Assembly: GCA_963663965.2 (NCBI GenBank)
Contig: CAXXFK010000011.1
Coordinates: forward strand, 199,667 to 263,666
Source: Sedimentisphaerales bacterium
GTDB taxonomy: Bacteria; Planctomycetota; Phycisphaerae; Sedimentisphaerales; SM23-30
DNA length: 64,000 nucleotides
Direction: 5' to 3'
Numbering within the stretch: the first letter of the stretch is position 1; the number at the start of each line of letters is the position of its first letter. Positions 21,702 to 31,500 of the stretch are shown one piece after another. The position numbers and the translations under genes are program-made. The notes below the pieces were generated by a model that saw only the letters and a program-made list of their open reading frames with translations, was not told the DNA's origin and ran no database searches.

Positions 21702-22340
21702 ATGAAAAGAACGATCATCGCATTAATCGGTTTATTGTGTACCTTCTCTCAGGCCTCACTGCTCTCCTCGGATATCGAAATCTGGACCGGAACCGGCGCC
21801 AACCAGTCGATCCTGGTCATCGACTGGAATTCCGGCCCCACCCCTCAGTCACTGGCCTGGGGTTTCCGCTGGGAAGGTTCCGCCACCGCGGAAGAGGCGT
21901 TACGAACCGTTGTCACAGCAGACCCTCGTCTGGATTGGCAAGTCGGTACTGCTTCTGATTTCGGCCTGCCCCTCTACGGCCTGAGCTACGATCTCAACAA
22001 CAACGGTATCATCGGCTCCGGCAATGATGAAAGCATGATCCCCACCGATCCCGGCGACCTGCATGCCAACGGCTGGCTGACCGCCGGCTTCTGGGCCCTC
22101 TACCTGGGCGGCCGGTCCGACCTGCCCAACTGGCAATCAGCCACCACCGGTATCTCCGGTTACAATTTAGTTGCCGGCGACTGGATCGGGCTCAGTTTCG
22201 GCCCCGCCCCCACCTGGGACGGCGGCGCCCCCGACGAACCCATCCCCGCCACGGTACCCGAGCCCATCTCCCTCACCCTGCTCCTCACCGGTACCGGCGG
22301 CCTCCTGACCAGACGGTCCAATCCAACCAGAATCAACTGA
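21702..22340 (+). CDS. PEP-CTERM surface protein downstream of the B12 riboswitch
   Basis: Signal peptide MKRTIIALIGLL; C-terminal VPEP + hydrophobic segment + RR; AAGGA RBS. Confidence 0.85.
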   Translation: MKRTIIALIGLLCTFSQASLLSSDIEIWTGTGANQSILVIDWNSGPTPQSLAWGFRWEGSATAEEALRTVVTADPRLDWQVGTASDFGLPLYGLSYDLNNNGIIGSGNDESMIPTDPGDLHANGWLTAGFWALYLGGRSDLPNWQSATTGISGYNLVAGDWIGLSFGPAPTWDGGAPDEPIPATVPEPISLTLLLTGTGGLLTRRSNPTRIN

Positions 22341-22511
22341 TCCACGATATCCTACCCGTACGGGCGGTTCGTGAACCGCCCTGTACGCTCTTAATTACTC
22401 AATCATCTCGCCCTTGCCCACATAGAAACGCAATGCCCTTGCGTCTCTTATCTCAATGCTCCGTCCACCCAGATTATGGCACAATTGCCGATGACGAGCC
22501 GGTTGGCGCAT

Positions 22512-22538
22512 AAAAAAACCGCCCTCAAAGGAGCGGTT
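22512..22538 (-). terminator. Intrinsic terminator for the minus-strand PEP-CTERM gene
   Basis: AACCGC..GCGGTT stem preceded by A7 on the plus strand. Confidence 0.55.
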
Positions 22539-22569
22539 GCATTATTAGCCAATTCTATTGTGCGTAAAC

Positions 22570-23178
22570 TTATTTCCGGCGACGCAGCCAGCCAACCAGG
22601 CCGGTGCCCAGCGACGACAGAATCAAAGCGCCCGGTGCCGGTACGGCATTGGTAACAGTAATATTATCGAAATAAGCATTACCGGCGATCGGATCTTTAC
22701 CGTAGTTATTGAAATCCTCGATCATAATACGGAAATCCTGGGCAGGATCTATGACAATCGAATAATGATGCCAGATGCCGTCATCAGCCAACGGCTCGGT
22801 AAGTCCAAAGCTGCCGTTATAGGGCAGGTCTGAGGCGATCCACATATTGCTGCTTCCATCGGTATAGGAGATGCCCACGAAACCGCCGCCGTTGCTATCC
22901 AATCCGGGTATTCCCAGGTAATCGAACGACAGGATAATCGGGCCTTTCTCATGGCTGATCAATTCACTGGTAAAGACATCGCCGCCCGCGGCATTACTGC
23001 CGAAATTAAGAACATGATTACCGCTAACCAGAGGATCGTTGACAATCTGACCCGTATGAGCGCCGCCGTTTTTACCGGTCCACTGAGACAAACCGTTCTC
23101 AAAATTATCTGAAAAAGTCACATTCCCGAACGCGACCGGCGCGACAAGCAGCGCAATAATCACTATTTTCTTCAACAT
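22570..23178 (-). CDS. PEP-CTERM (VPAPGA variant) surface protein
   Basis: Signal peptide; C-terminus VPAPGALILSSLGTGLVGWLRRRK. Confidence 0.85.
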   Translation of the reverse strand: MLKKIVIIALLVAPVAFGNVTFSDNFENGLSQWTGKNGGAHTGQIVNDPLVSGNHVLNFGSNAAGGDVFTSELISHEKGPIILSFDYLGIPGLDSNGGGFVGISYTDGSSNMWIASDLPYNGSFGLTEPLADDGIWHHYSIVIDPAQDFRIMIEDFNNYGKDPIAGNAYFDNITVTNAVPAPGALILSSLGTGLVGWLRRRK

Positions 23179-23632
23179 TTCTGAATTCCTTTGCTAAAAA
23201 TAATTTCGAAGGAAACACTCCTCCTGCTACTACACTCTGCTATTATACCCTGCCGGCGCCTTTCTTGATCAATAATTTCTGATATTTCTGACTTTCAGCC
23301 TGGCAAGTTAGTAAAACTTTAACGGTTATGTAAAATATCACATGAAAGCGCTGCTTTTATTTTAAAATGAAATTCATGGCACACCCACTATTTTTCATGG
23401 CTAACCCAGCGGTGATGTTTTTTATCAAATCTCAAATTCCTTTCCCTCCATATCCCGCGTATCCTGTCTATGTTTAACATCCCATACTGTATGCGACATA
23501 TTAGCCACCCATGTACCGCACTTTTACTCCAGCTTCCACTTCACTTTTATTCCGCCGTTTACACCGGGGAAAGAATCGAAACCGAAACCAGGCTTAGACA
23601 GTATTTCCCTTACAAAAGTCGCCGCTCCCGGC

Positions 23633-25207
23633 TTACTCTATTTGCTTCCAGGGACTTTGACTCGGTGATGTATGTCCGCCTTTCGGCAATGGCCGGCCCG
23701 GCGTTGCCCCGGTGATGGCATCGGCCGGAATGGCCTTTTTATAATCAATAATTGCACGGCTTAACTGGCTGGGTTTCACCTTAATCGACTTCACCAGCAG
23801 TTCCGGCATATTATACACCCGGGTCATCGAATCGTAACAACAGGGATCCTGTTGCGGTAAAACAAAAGCCTTGTGCGCTTCACCACTGGAATCGATATAG
23901 CTCAAAAATAGCCGGGCAAATCTGCCATCCAGCCGTTTGCTGGTAAAAGCCAGCCACCGGTTGTCACTCGACCAGGAATGCCAGGTATCGCAGTGATGAC
24001 TACTGATGGATAATTTGCGAAACTGCCCGGTTTCGATCTCCAACAGGAATAAATCGCTCCGGGCCTGGTGAATGGGAAAATCACTGTACGGAGAAAGGTT
24101 AAAAATACAAAAACGTCCATCCGGGGAAAATCGCGGTTGCGTAATGCTGCCCTGGACCTGTTGGGCCGTCAGCACGGTTTCCAGTTGCCCCCATTCACCG
24201 CTGTCGGAGTCAAAACTGATCCGCATCAGATCGCATTGCACCTGCGCGTGCTGGTCGGCCGGCAGTTGTGGAGCGCTGCAAAAATACAAATAACGCCCAT
24301 CCACCGACCATTCGGGAAACGTTTCCAGGCGGTCCGGCTGAGTAATTTTTCCCGTGCTGAAAACCTGTTCTGTATCGATCTGATATAAGGCCAGATCGGA
24401 ACCGTTATCGAAAACATCCCGCACTTCATGAGCGGCCGTATGATACAGCATGCTATATTGATTAAGGGAAAATGCGACGATATTTCCGTTGGGATGCCAA
24501 CTCGTAAAGCCGACTTTGCCGGAGCTGATTTCGGTTTTTGTGTTCAAACCGATCACCTTCCCATCCTGAACCTTTAACATCGGAGTACCGTAATCAACCG
24601 AACGCACCTGCAGCAACATACCATCCGGATTGTTGTTGCGAAATCGGTGGCAATGAACACAGCCGGTATCGAATGTACTGTTGTGTAATACAATCGATTC
24701 GTTAAAACTTTCCAGGTCACGCTGATAAATCCCCATATCGGTCCAGCGCACGCAAATTTCGATTTTACGGTAGGCCAGGTATCGATCGATCCCTTCCCGG
24801 GCGACGCTATTGCGGATCGGCTCGAATTTCAGCCAGCTGCCGGATTCTTGCTCCACATAAATATCATAATAGAGGTCCCCCCCCCGGTTGTCATCCAGCA
24901 GCTTTTTCCATGGCCCGGCTGGAATAACGATCTCCGGTTTACTGCCGGTAATGTCAATGGCCTGACCTTGGTCGCCATAAATTTTTACCTGGTACCTCCT
25001 GCCGGCCTCCTGAACCATGAAATTTAACGGGGCGATGTTAGGAGGAATAACGATCTCGGTATAATCCGGGTGGATCGAAGCGGTGCGTTCCGCCACAACA
25101 TAATCTTCAATAATATGATGACGGCAAGAGAAATAGAAACAGGCTATTCCGATCAAAACCACGACCGGAATAAGGAAGATTATAATAGACCAGGGGCGTT
25201 TGATCAT
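23633..25207 (-). CDS. TolB/PD40-like beta-propeller protein with CxxCH and a C-terminal DAITGAT motif
   Basis: N-terminal TM anchor; PD40-like repeats WHPNG, WSVDG, FSPDG, WSSDN; GCVHCH; alternative TTG start at 25216. Confidence 0.75.
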   Translation of the reverse strand: MIKRPWSIIIFLIPVVVLIGIACFYFSCRHHIIEDYVVAERTASIHPDYTEIVIPPNIAPLNFMVQEAGRRYQVKIYGDQGQAIDITGSKPEIVIPAGPWKKLLDDNRGGDLYYDIYVEQESGSWLKFEPIRNSVAREGIDRYLAYRKIEICVRWTDMGIYQRDLESFNESIVLHNSTFDTGCVHCHRFRNNNPDGMLLQVRSVDYGTPMLKVQDGKVIGLNTKTEISSGKVGFTSWHPNGNIVAFSLNQYSMLYHTAAHEVRDVFDNGSDLALYQIDTEQVFSTGKITQPDRLETFPEWSVDGRYLYFCSAPQLPADQHAQVQCDLMRISFDSDSGEWGQLETVLTAQQVQGSITQPRFSPDGRFCIFNLSPYSDFPIHQARSDLFLLEIETGQFRKLSISSHHCDTWHSWSSDNRWLAFTSKRLDGRFARLFLSYIDSSGEAHKAFVLPQQDPCCYDSMTRVYNMPELLVKSIKVKPSQLSRAIIDYKKAIPADAITGATPGRPLPKGGHTSPSQSPWKQIE

Positions 25208-25212
25208 GGCTG

Positions 25213-27159
25213 TCAACTCGATCTGTCCATCAGAAAGAAGTAAAAATAATAGTAAGTATCATGAAAATTTTGTTGCAGAAAATTCCTGGCAGCCACCAGA
25301 TTAAGACCGGGATTCTGGTAATGTTGCATAAACTTCTCGAATCGCTCCACGGTGGAGGCATCTATCCGTCGTCCGTACAAATTGAGCGGTTCGCCGGTCC
25401 TTGCCGTATGGAGCAATATCGCTTCGGCCATTAGTCTGGGAATTTTCCCACTGGGATAATCGTAGTTATCCAGATAAACGACCCCTTGCGCCACCAAATC
25501 ATACTGACCGGTCAGCAGGTAAAAAGCCATCAGATACTCAAAGGCCATGCGATTGGCTTTATTCTTGCGAAACAAATCCAACGGCGTGGTTTTCACGATA
25601 CTATCGCTCGTCAGCATAAATGATCGCTGGCGTTGGATGTCTTTATCCTGACTCAGCTGAGGATCAGCTTCCAATTGCCGCAGGCAGGCTTCCGCCCGGT
25701 CGCGATACCAGCGATCCTCTTTTAAGGCGTTTAGCAAGGTGCGGGCGGCGGCGGGTTGATCCTTGATAATATGGATCTGCGCCAGTTGCCACAAGCCCTG
25801 CGGATAATAATTCAGGATAGCCAGGGCCTCGTAGGCCGCATTTTCCGCATCGTTGATATGGCCCAGTTCATAGAAAATCTCGCTGGTCTTGACATATTGT
25901 TGTATCAATAAGTCGTTGGGCAGATCCTCCTCAGCGGTCAGCAACAAGGCGGCATAGTGCTGCGGGTACAAAAACATATCCTGCAACAGGCGGCCGGAAT
26001 GATAGAGCGCCCGGTCTATTTCATGGCAGATGAACATATCGCTGCTTTGCGCCTGATAAGTCAGTTGCAACAGCTTGTCCCATGATTTTTGCCGGGCCAG
26101 ATAGTTGACCTGCTGTTTTAAACGCAAATCAGGATTGCAGGTGTTCCACAGAATGACGGCCGCCGCCATCAAAATCGCGAGGGTTTCCATCGTCCGGATC
26201 AACCAGCGACTGCTGAGAATTCCCGGAAATTTCTTTCGTACGGGTGGATTGTTTTTTTGGGCCTTGGATTTCTTGTGCGTTTTGTTCTCAGCCTTGTGTC
26301 TCCCGGCCAGATACCGGGATATTCCGGCAACCAATCCCAGGACAGGAAATAAACCGTAAAAACTGATTATCAGAATGACATCTTTTATATTCGTGTTGAA
26401 TGAAAATGACAGGATAACCCGATACGCCTTCATCGGATCCATTTTGAATAGAACAACGTTTAGTAAAAATGGCATGAACAACGCGGTTAACAGCCACAAG
26501 AGTACGGTATTGAATCGCCGCTGATTGAATAATTCGATTAAAACCGTCATCAAGACAAAAACAAGGTATATCTGGACCGCCGTGGCATAGAGTCCCCCTG
26601 CCAGCACGGCAAAAACCAGCAACCGTTCAACGGTCCGCCGGCCAATCAGATACCGATAGCAAAACAGGAACAATAATGCCAGCGCCAGCGCCAGATTCTC
26701 CGCCAGTAATAAAGGATAACAGCGGCTATGTTGGGCGAGCAGAAAAATAGCGGGTATGAACCTCAGCCACCGCATGCGGCGGATACCGATGGTTATCATG
26801 AATTGATCGATACCGATACACAACCACCCGGCAATTGCCGTAATAATCAGAGCGCCGGCCCAGGAATGATAATAAAAATAAGGCAGCCACGCGGCCAGGC
26901 TCATCACCGCTTTACCGGGAAATGCCGGATAGCCATCATAAGCCCCTGTCAGACTATGACTCAGCGGATATAATAAGGTCTGTCCGTGTCCGTGATAGAT
27001 GATGGTTGGATCGATCCAGAGATAGACATAGAGATAACATAACCCCAGAAAAAACACAGTCTGGATCAACCGGCTGATATCACGATTCGATCCCTTGTCT
27101 GCCGGTCCAATAGTATCCATGGACTTAGCCGGATTACATGGCGTACTTTTTACTGTCAT
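25213..27159 (-). CDS. Multi-pass membrane protein with a helical C-terminal domain (DUF6057-like)
   Basis: About 8-9 hydrophobic segments, then a soluble domain with NRMAFEYLMAFYLL and DTYYYFYFF; adjacent to the TolB-like gene. Confidence 0.65.
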   Translation of the reverse strand: MTVKSTPCNPAKSMDTIGPADKGSNRDISRLIQTVFFLGLCYLYVYLWIDPTIIYHGHGQTLLYPLSHSLTGAYDGYPAFPGKAVMSLAAWLPYFYYHSWAGALIITAIAGWLCIGIDQFMITIGIRRMRWLRFIPAIFLLAQHSRCYPLLLAENLALALALLFLFCYRYLIGRRTVERLLVFAVLAGGLYATAVQIYLVFVLMTVLIELFNQRRFNTVLLWLLTALFMPFLLNVVLFKMDPMKAYRVILSFSFNTNIKDVILIISFYGLFPVLGLVAGISRYLAGRHKAENKTHKKSKAQKNNPPVRKKFPGILSSRWLIRTMETLAILMAAAVILWNTCNPDLRLKQQVNYLARQKSWDKLLQLTYQAQSSDMFICHEIDRALYHSGRLLQDMFLYPQHYAALLLTAEEDLPNDLLIQQYVKTSEIFYELGHINDAENAAYEALAILNYYPQGLWQLAQIHIIKDQPAAARTLLNALKEDRWYRDRAEACLRQLEADPQLSQDKDIQRQRSFMLTSDSIVKTTPLDLFRKNKANRMAFEYLMAFYLLTGQYDLVAQGVVYLDNYDYPSGKIPRLMAEAILLHTARTGEPLNLYGRRIDASTVERFEKFMQHYQNPGLNLVAARNFLQQNFHDTYYYFYFFLMDRSS

Positions 27160-27552
27160 AACCGTTATGAACCAAAATATGCAGAAAGCATAGTCCCGTA
27201 TTTCAAAGAATCTGAATATTTAACTGAATTGTCAGAATTCCAGATTGATAATATAGCAAATTTATTTAATAACTTTCAAGTAAAATTTTATCTGGTTTTT
27301 GCCCTGAACTTAAAAGCTCTCACCCATTACCAGGCTTAACCCCTGCCTTTTAAAAATAATCCGTGGCCCAGTCACCCGCTTTATTTCGTGTATTCCGAGT
27401 ATTTCGTGGTTTTATCTTCTTATATTTTAATTACTTAACGTTTTCACCTGCGTCCATCTGTCCCGATGTACATCGGGTTCTGCGTTTAAACCGGCCGTTA
27501 TATTTTCAAACCTTCATAGCCTGGCGGCTTCGTGTAAACCCCGGCTGTTATA

Positions 27553-27850
27553 TTTTTTGTCAGATCTCAAATTTCAAATCTCAGATCCCCTTCCCCCCCG
27601 AACCATAACCATCCTGCCCATATTTATTCCCGTGGCACGGGCATCTTGCCCGTGATTATCTTCCCCTCCGTAAGGGCAATCCCCCGTGGTTGCCCTTCTT
27701 AAATTTTTCCCAATCACATATTTCTACCGTTCAATCCCCAATTTCCCCCGCAATCCACCATCACCCATCCGTTTTGTTTATTTATCAAATCTCAAATTTC
27801 AAATCTCAGATTCCACTCTTCCCGCATCACACTTATCCTGCCCGTGATTG
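27553..27850. repeat. Intergenic repeat cluster: duplicated ~60-bp heptamer-containing unit plus two REP-like palindromes
   Basis: CA(G/A)ATCTCAAATTTCAAATCTCAGAT..ATCCTGCCC at ~27561 and ~27787; palindromes at 27632-27654 and 27670-27697. Confidence 0.7.
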
Positions 27851-27858
27851 TGTTTGAG

Positions 27859-27887
27859 TTGACAGTTCAAGCAATTCCAAATATAAT
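27859..27887 (+). promoter_or_regulatory. Perfect-consensus sigma70 promoter
   Basis: TTGACA-17 bp-TATAAT, 80 nt upstream of ATG 27968. Confidence 0.75.
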
Positions 27888-27967
27888 CGCTGATATTGTG
27901 TCCAGTCTATTGCAGTTATATTTGAAAGCACTATCAATAACCAAACCTGCCTTAAGGAGTTCAGAAA

Positions 27968-29299
27968 ATGGCAAAAAAGTTGGGGCCGAAGAAATCATTC
28001 TGGACACGTGTCGCCCTGTTAATCCTGATTGGATTACCACTTTGCTACTGCGGATATCTGACGATTTTGCACACTCAATGCAAAAAAGTCGAACAGCAGA
28101 TTCGAAACGCTGGTCTGAGTCTGACTTTCGATGAACTGGACGCCCAATATCAGCTTGATCGGGAAAATGCTGCGAACGATCTTATTCAAGCCGGCGAACT
28201 GTTTGAACAATGGATTCTGGATCATAAAGGAAGTGAGTTTCCTGATAGTTATCAGAACTTTGGACAAGATCCGAATACGGACGCAGCCATAATTCAATAT
28301 CTGGCGGAAAACTGCCAGGTTATCGAATGGCTGAATCAAGCGAAATTGACCGGGGCCTGTTACTTTCCCCTTAAACGCGACGGCAACGATATCACTCTGA
28401 ATGCTTGTGCAAACATGCGCTTTTGCGCCAAACTTTTAGTATGTGATGCGATAGTTGCCGCCTGGCATAATAACCCACAAGGTGTGATCGATTCACTTGA
28501 CACAATATACTCACTGGGACATTATCTCATTGGGCAGCCGTTTATTATTAATATTTTATTCGGAAACAGTATGCATCGTCTCGGTTTTAACGCCGTTGAG
28601 CAATTAATCAATCAGAACAAATTAAGCCCCGATTTAACCAGGCAATTGATAACACAACTTGAATCCGTTTACCGCGAAGAGGCTCTGCATCAATCGATCG
28701 CCTCTGAAATTCCTTTTGTTCACACCTCCTGCCACTCAACCAGTTATTATACCGCACCCGCCTGGGCCAATGCCTTGTACTACTTCGTGGGGGGGCCTCA
28801 AATCCTCTTTCGAGACTTTGCCCGGTGTACCCTTGAATATGAGCGAGCCGCTCGTCAACCATGGCCCCAAAAACTTGAGCAGGCAATATCGGTGGCGGCA
28901 AAATACAACCATAAAAAAAGCTGGATCGAAAAATTGATGCGGTCCTTCAATGATTTTCTATCTTCATTTGACTTCACTTATGATCGCTTATTTTTCCTCG
29001 ATCTCGAAATATTACTTCTCCAAGAAATGACTCGAACAGCGCTGGCAATTGAACTCTATCGTTTCGACCACAACAAACTCCCTGAGAGTTTGGCGGGTCT
29101 GGTTCCAACTTATATCTCCGAAATCCCGCGGGATTTCTGCGCATCCTCAGAGACTCCGATCCAATATGAACAAACCCCCAACGGCTACAAACTCTACAGC
29201 GTATTTATAGACGGAGTCTCCAACGATGGAACTGTCAATAAAGAGGATCGGTACGAAACGGGTAATGATCTCGTACTGGAAATTAATTATACCTACTAA
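27968..29299 (+). CDS. Hypothetical membrane-anchored protein with a GspG-like C-terminal motif
   Basis: 443-aa ORF, AAGGAG RBS, N-terminal TM; ALAIELYRFDHNKLPESLAGLVPTYISEIPRD..YKLYSV..DG. Confidence 0.7.
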   Translation: MAKKLGPKKSFWTRVALLILIGLPLCYCGYLTILHTQCKKVEQQIRNAGLSLTFDELDAQYQLDRENAANDLIQAGELFEQWILDHKGSEFPDSYQNFGQDPNTDAAIIQYLAENCQVIEWLNQAKLTGACYFPLKRDGNDITLNACANMRFCAKLLVCDAIVAAWHNNPQGVIDSLDTIYSLGHYLIGQPFIINILFGNSMHRLGFNAVEQLINQNKLSPDLTRQLITQLESVYREEALHQSIASEIPFVHTSCHSTSYYTAPAWANALYYFVGGPQILFRDFARCTLEYERAARQPWPQKLEQAISVAAKYNHKKSWIEKLMRSFNDFLSSFDFTYDRLFFLDLEILLLQEMTRTALAIELYRFDHNKLPESLAGLVPTYISEIPRDFCASSETPIQYEQTPNGYKLYSVFIDGVSNDGTVNKEDRYETGNDLVLEINYTY

Positions 29300-29339
29300 G
29301 CTTTCATATTCTTTTTTTATTCACTCAATCCGGCAAATT

Positions 29340-29610
29340 GGCTGAAAGTCACAGATATTGAGCAAAGCGAAATCCCGAGCCATCGGGATCGGGAGGATCC
29401 TGTCTGAAAAGGCTGTTCATCTTCGTGCTACAATCCTTCAACCCTTTGTTTTCTTAGCAAGCTTTTTGTTCTTACCTTTTATAAGCAAAGTAATTACTAC
29501 ATCTTACCAGATATTTTAATGGTCCTGAACTTTTTATCCTGTCGATCGGCTGAAAGTCCCGATCTATCGTCGGGAGGATCCTGTCTAAACGGCTGTTAAC
29601 CTTTGTATCT
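29340..29610. repeat. Imperfect direct repeat containing small palindromic cassettes
   Basis: GGCTGAAAGTC..TCGGGAGGATCCTGTCT..GGCTGTT at 29340 and 29548. Confidence 0.7.
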
Positions 29611-29826
29611 TCGCGGCTTTGTGTGAACTATTTCTTCTTTTGGTTGCGGCTAGGCTTTATAAAACTCAGTGATTTTTATTTTTTTGACAACACCAAAATC
29701 AACATAATTCTTTAAAAAATAAACTATTAAGAACAAAACCACCGATTTTTCTTTCTAATATTAGCTGCTACAAAAAAATAAATCCACAAATATTATGTTA
29801 TATAAAACGAAAACAGATTATTTGAT

Positions 29827-29855
29827 TTGCTTTTAAATAAAACTCGGTCTATAAT
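29827..29855 (+). promoter_or_regulatory. Sigma70 promoter of module copy A
   Basis: TTGCTT-17 bp-TATAAT; same position as the copy B promoter. Confidence 0.7.
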
Positions 29856-29860
29856 ACCAA

Positions 29861-30650
29861 AGTCGCCCTAATAGCCCTCAAACCCCCGGTGTGCCCCACA
29901 CCCAACCAGCCACGCCCGCAGAGATTCTCTGCGCATGGACTGTGGCGCCTTCAAGCGCTTGTGGGTGCTTACCTGGCCTAGGGCTATCTGATGCGGACCA
30001 GACCCAACCAGCCAATTTATTTTGGCTGTTTTAACAATACGAATGAAATGGGATATACAAATATGACACAACCCGACAACCCAGCCATAAAAGGCTTGAA
30101 AAGCCGAAAGTTCCTAGCCGGGGTCCGTAAGGCCCCGGATAACGATGGTAATTTTATTTTAAACCCACGCCTCGCAGAGGCGTACCGACAGGATTTCGCA
30201 CCGGAGGCGAAAAATAAAACCAGCCATAAGCACAGCGAATACCAACATAAAACGTTGAGCGCAGCGAAATCCCGATCTATCGGGAAAGCCAACGATGAAA
30301 ATAATGACCCTAACCTCAACAACCAAATAAGCTTAACAAAAAATAAAAACTCATCCACCTCAAGGTGGATACAAATAATATCTCGAAGAGATCAAAAGTG
30401 CATAGCCCGCCAATTCATTGGCGGGAATACCCGAACCCGAGTTAGAAAATTTTAAACCCACGCCTCGCAGAGGCGTACCGACAGGATATCTCGCAAAAGA
30501 GATAGATAAAACCAACATGAGCGCAGTGAATACCAATGCAAAACGAAACAAACCCAATGCTTAAAATTATTGCCATAACATCAATAAAAAATTGACTTTA
30601 ACGAAACCCGAAACCATCAGGCTAAAACATATAACAATCTTTTAACAGGA
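29861..30650 (+). ncRNA. Putative structured leader/ncRNA of module copy A (5' domain plus ~1.5 tandem units starting at 30158 and 30451)
   Basis: Homologous to 60504-61600; many hairpins with compensatory changes between copies; no conserved ORF. Confidence 0.5.
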
Positions 30651-30660
30651 GGTACCAACC

Positions 30661-31500
30661 ATGTCATCTTCACTACGAAGACTACGCGCCAACCGTCGTA
30701 ACGCTCAGAAATCCACCGGCCCCAAAACCCCCGAAGGCAAGGCCATCTCATCCAGAAATGCCATCAAACACGGCCTCAGCGGCCAGGACCCCGCCCACCT
30801 CATCGTCCCCGGCGAATCCGAACTCACCTACCTCGAGTTCCGCGCCGCATTGCTGCAAGATCTCAAACCCACCACCTATCTCCAGCGCCACATCGCCGAC
30901 CAGATCGTCTCGGCCGCCTGGCGATTGGAACGAATCGGCCGTATCGAAGCCGAACTGATCGACGCCCGCGTTTACCAACTCCGCCTCACCAACGAAGAAA
31001 TCCGCAAAGACACCGTCATCGATCAACCCTTCGCCCACTCCAGCATCTACCTGCCACGCCACAACGAGGTCGGCGCCGCCTTCACCCTCGAAACCCCCGC
31101 TTTCAACTGCCTGGCCCGCTACGAAACCCACCTCAACCGAATCTTCCAGGCCAAACTCAAACTCCTGCAACAGTTGCAATTACAACAAAAACCAAACGAA
31201 CCCAATACCTACCCGCCAGAGTACCCATTTCCCGACCTGCCCCGCGTCCACATCCCCGATCCCCCCAGAATCCCCACGCACCCCAGCGAAGCCAAACTCG
31301 CCCCCGAATACATCAAAGACCGACTCCCCGAATTGATGAAAGACCACAGCGTAACTGACGACCAGGTCTTCAGTTACGCCTGCAACCGCTACGAAGCCCT
31401 CAACACGTTTGCGAACCAGAACGGCGAAGAAGCCCTCCACGCCCTCGGCATCCCCACCAAACCACCCGCCGATATCCCCATCCAGGAGAATAAGAAATAA
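30661..31500 (+). CDS. Uncharacterised 279-aa protein with N-terminal NAQKSTGPKTPEGK..NAIKHGL motif (HGGxSTG-like), copy A
   Basis: AACAGGAGG RBS; 9 aa differences from copy B with many synonymous nucleotide changes. Confidence 0.85.
   Translation: MSSSLRRLRANRRNAQKSTGPKTPEGKAISSRNAIKHGLSGQDPAHLIVPGESELTYLEFRAALLQDLKPTTYLQRHIADQIVSAAWRLERIGRIEAELIDARVYQLRLTNEEIRKDTVIDQPFAHSSIYLPRHNEVGAAFTLETPAFNCLARYETHLNRIFQAKLKLLQQLQLQQKPNEPNTYPPEYPFPDLPRVHIPDPPRIPTHPSEAKLAPEYIKDRLPELMKDHSVTDDQVFSYACNRYEALNTFANQNGEEALHALGIPTKPPADIPIQENKK

Noticed and set aside
22477..27650. Sigma-54 promoters at TGGCAC hits (~22477, ~23377, ~27633)
   Set aside because: None has the required GG-N10-GC spacing
30661..31500. 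Strong C-rich/G-poor composition as a sign of foreign origin
   Set aside because: The plus strand is also C-rich across mutS2, pfkA, lysA and the regulator, regardless of gene direction, which points to replication strand skew
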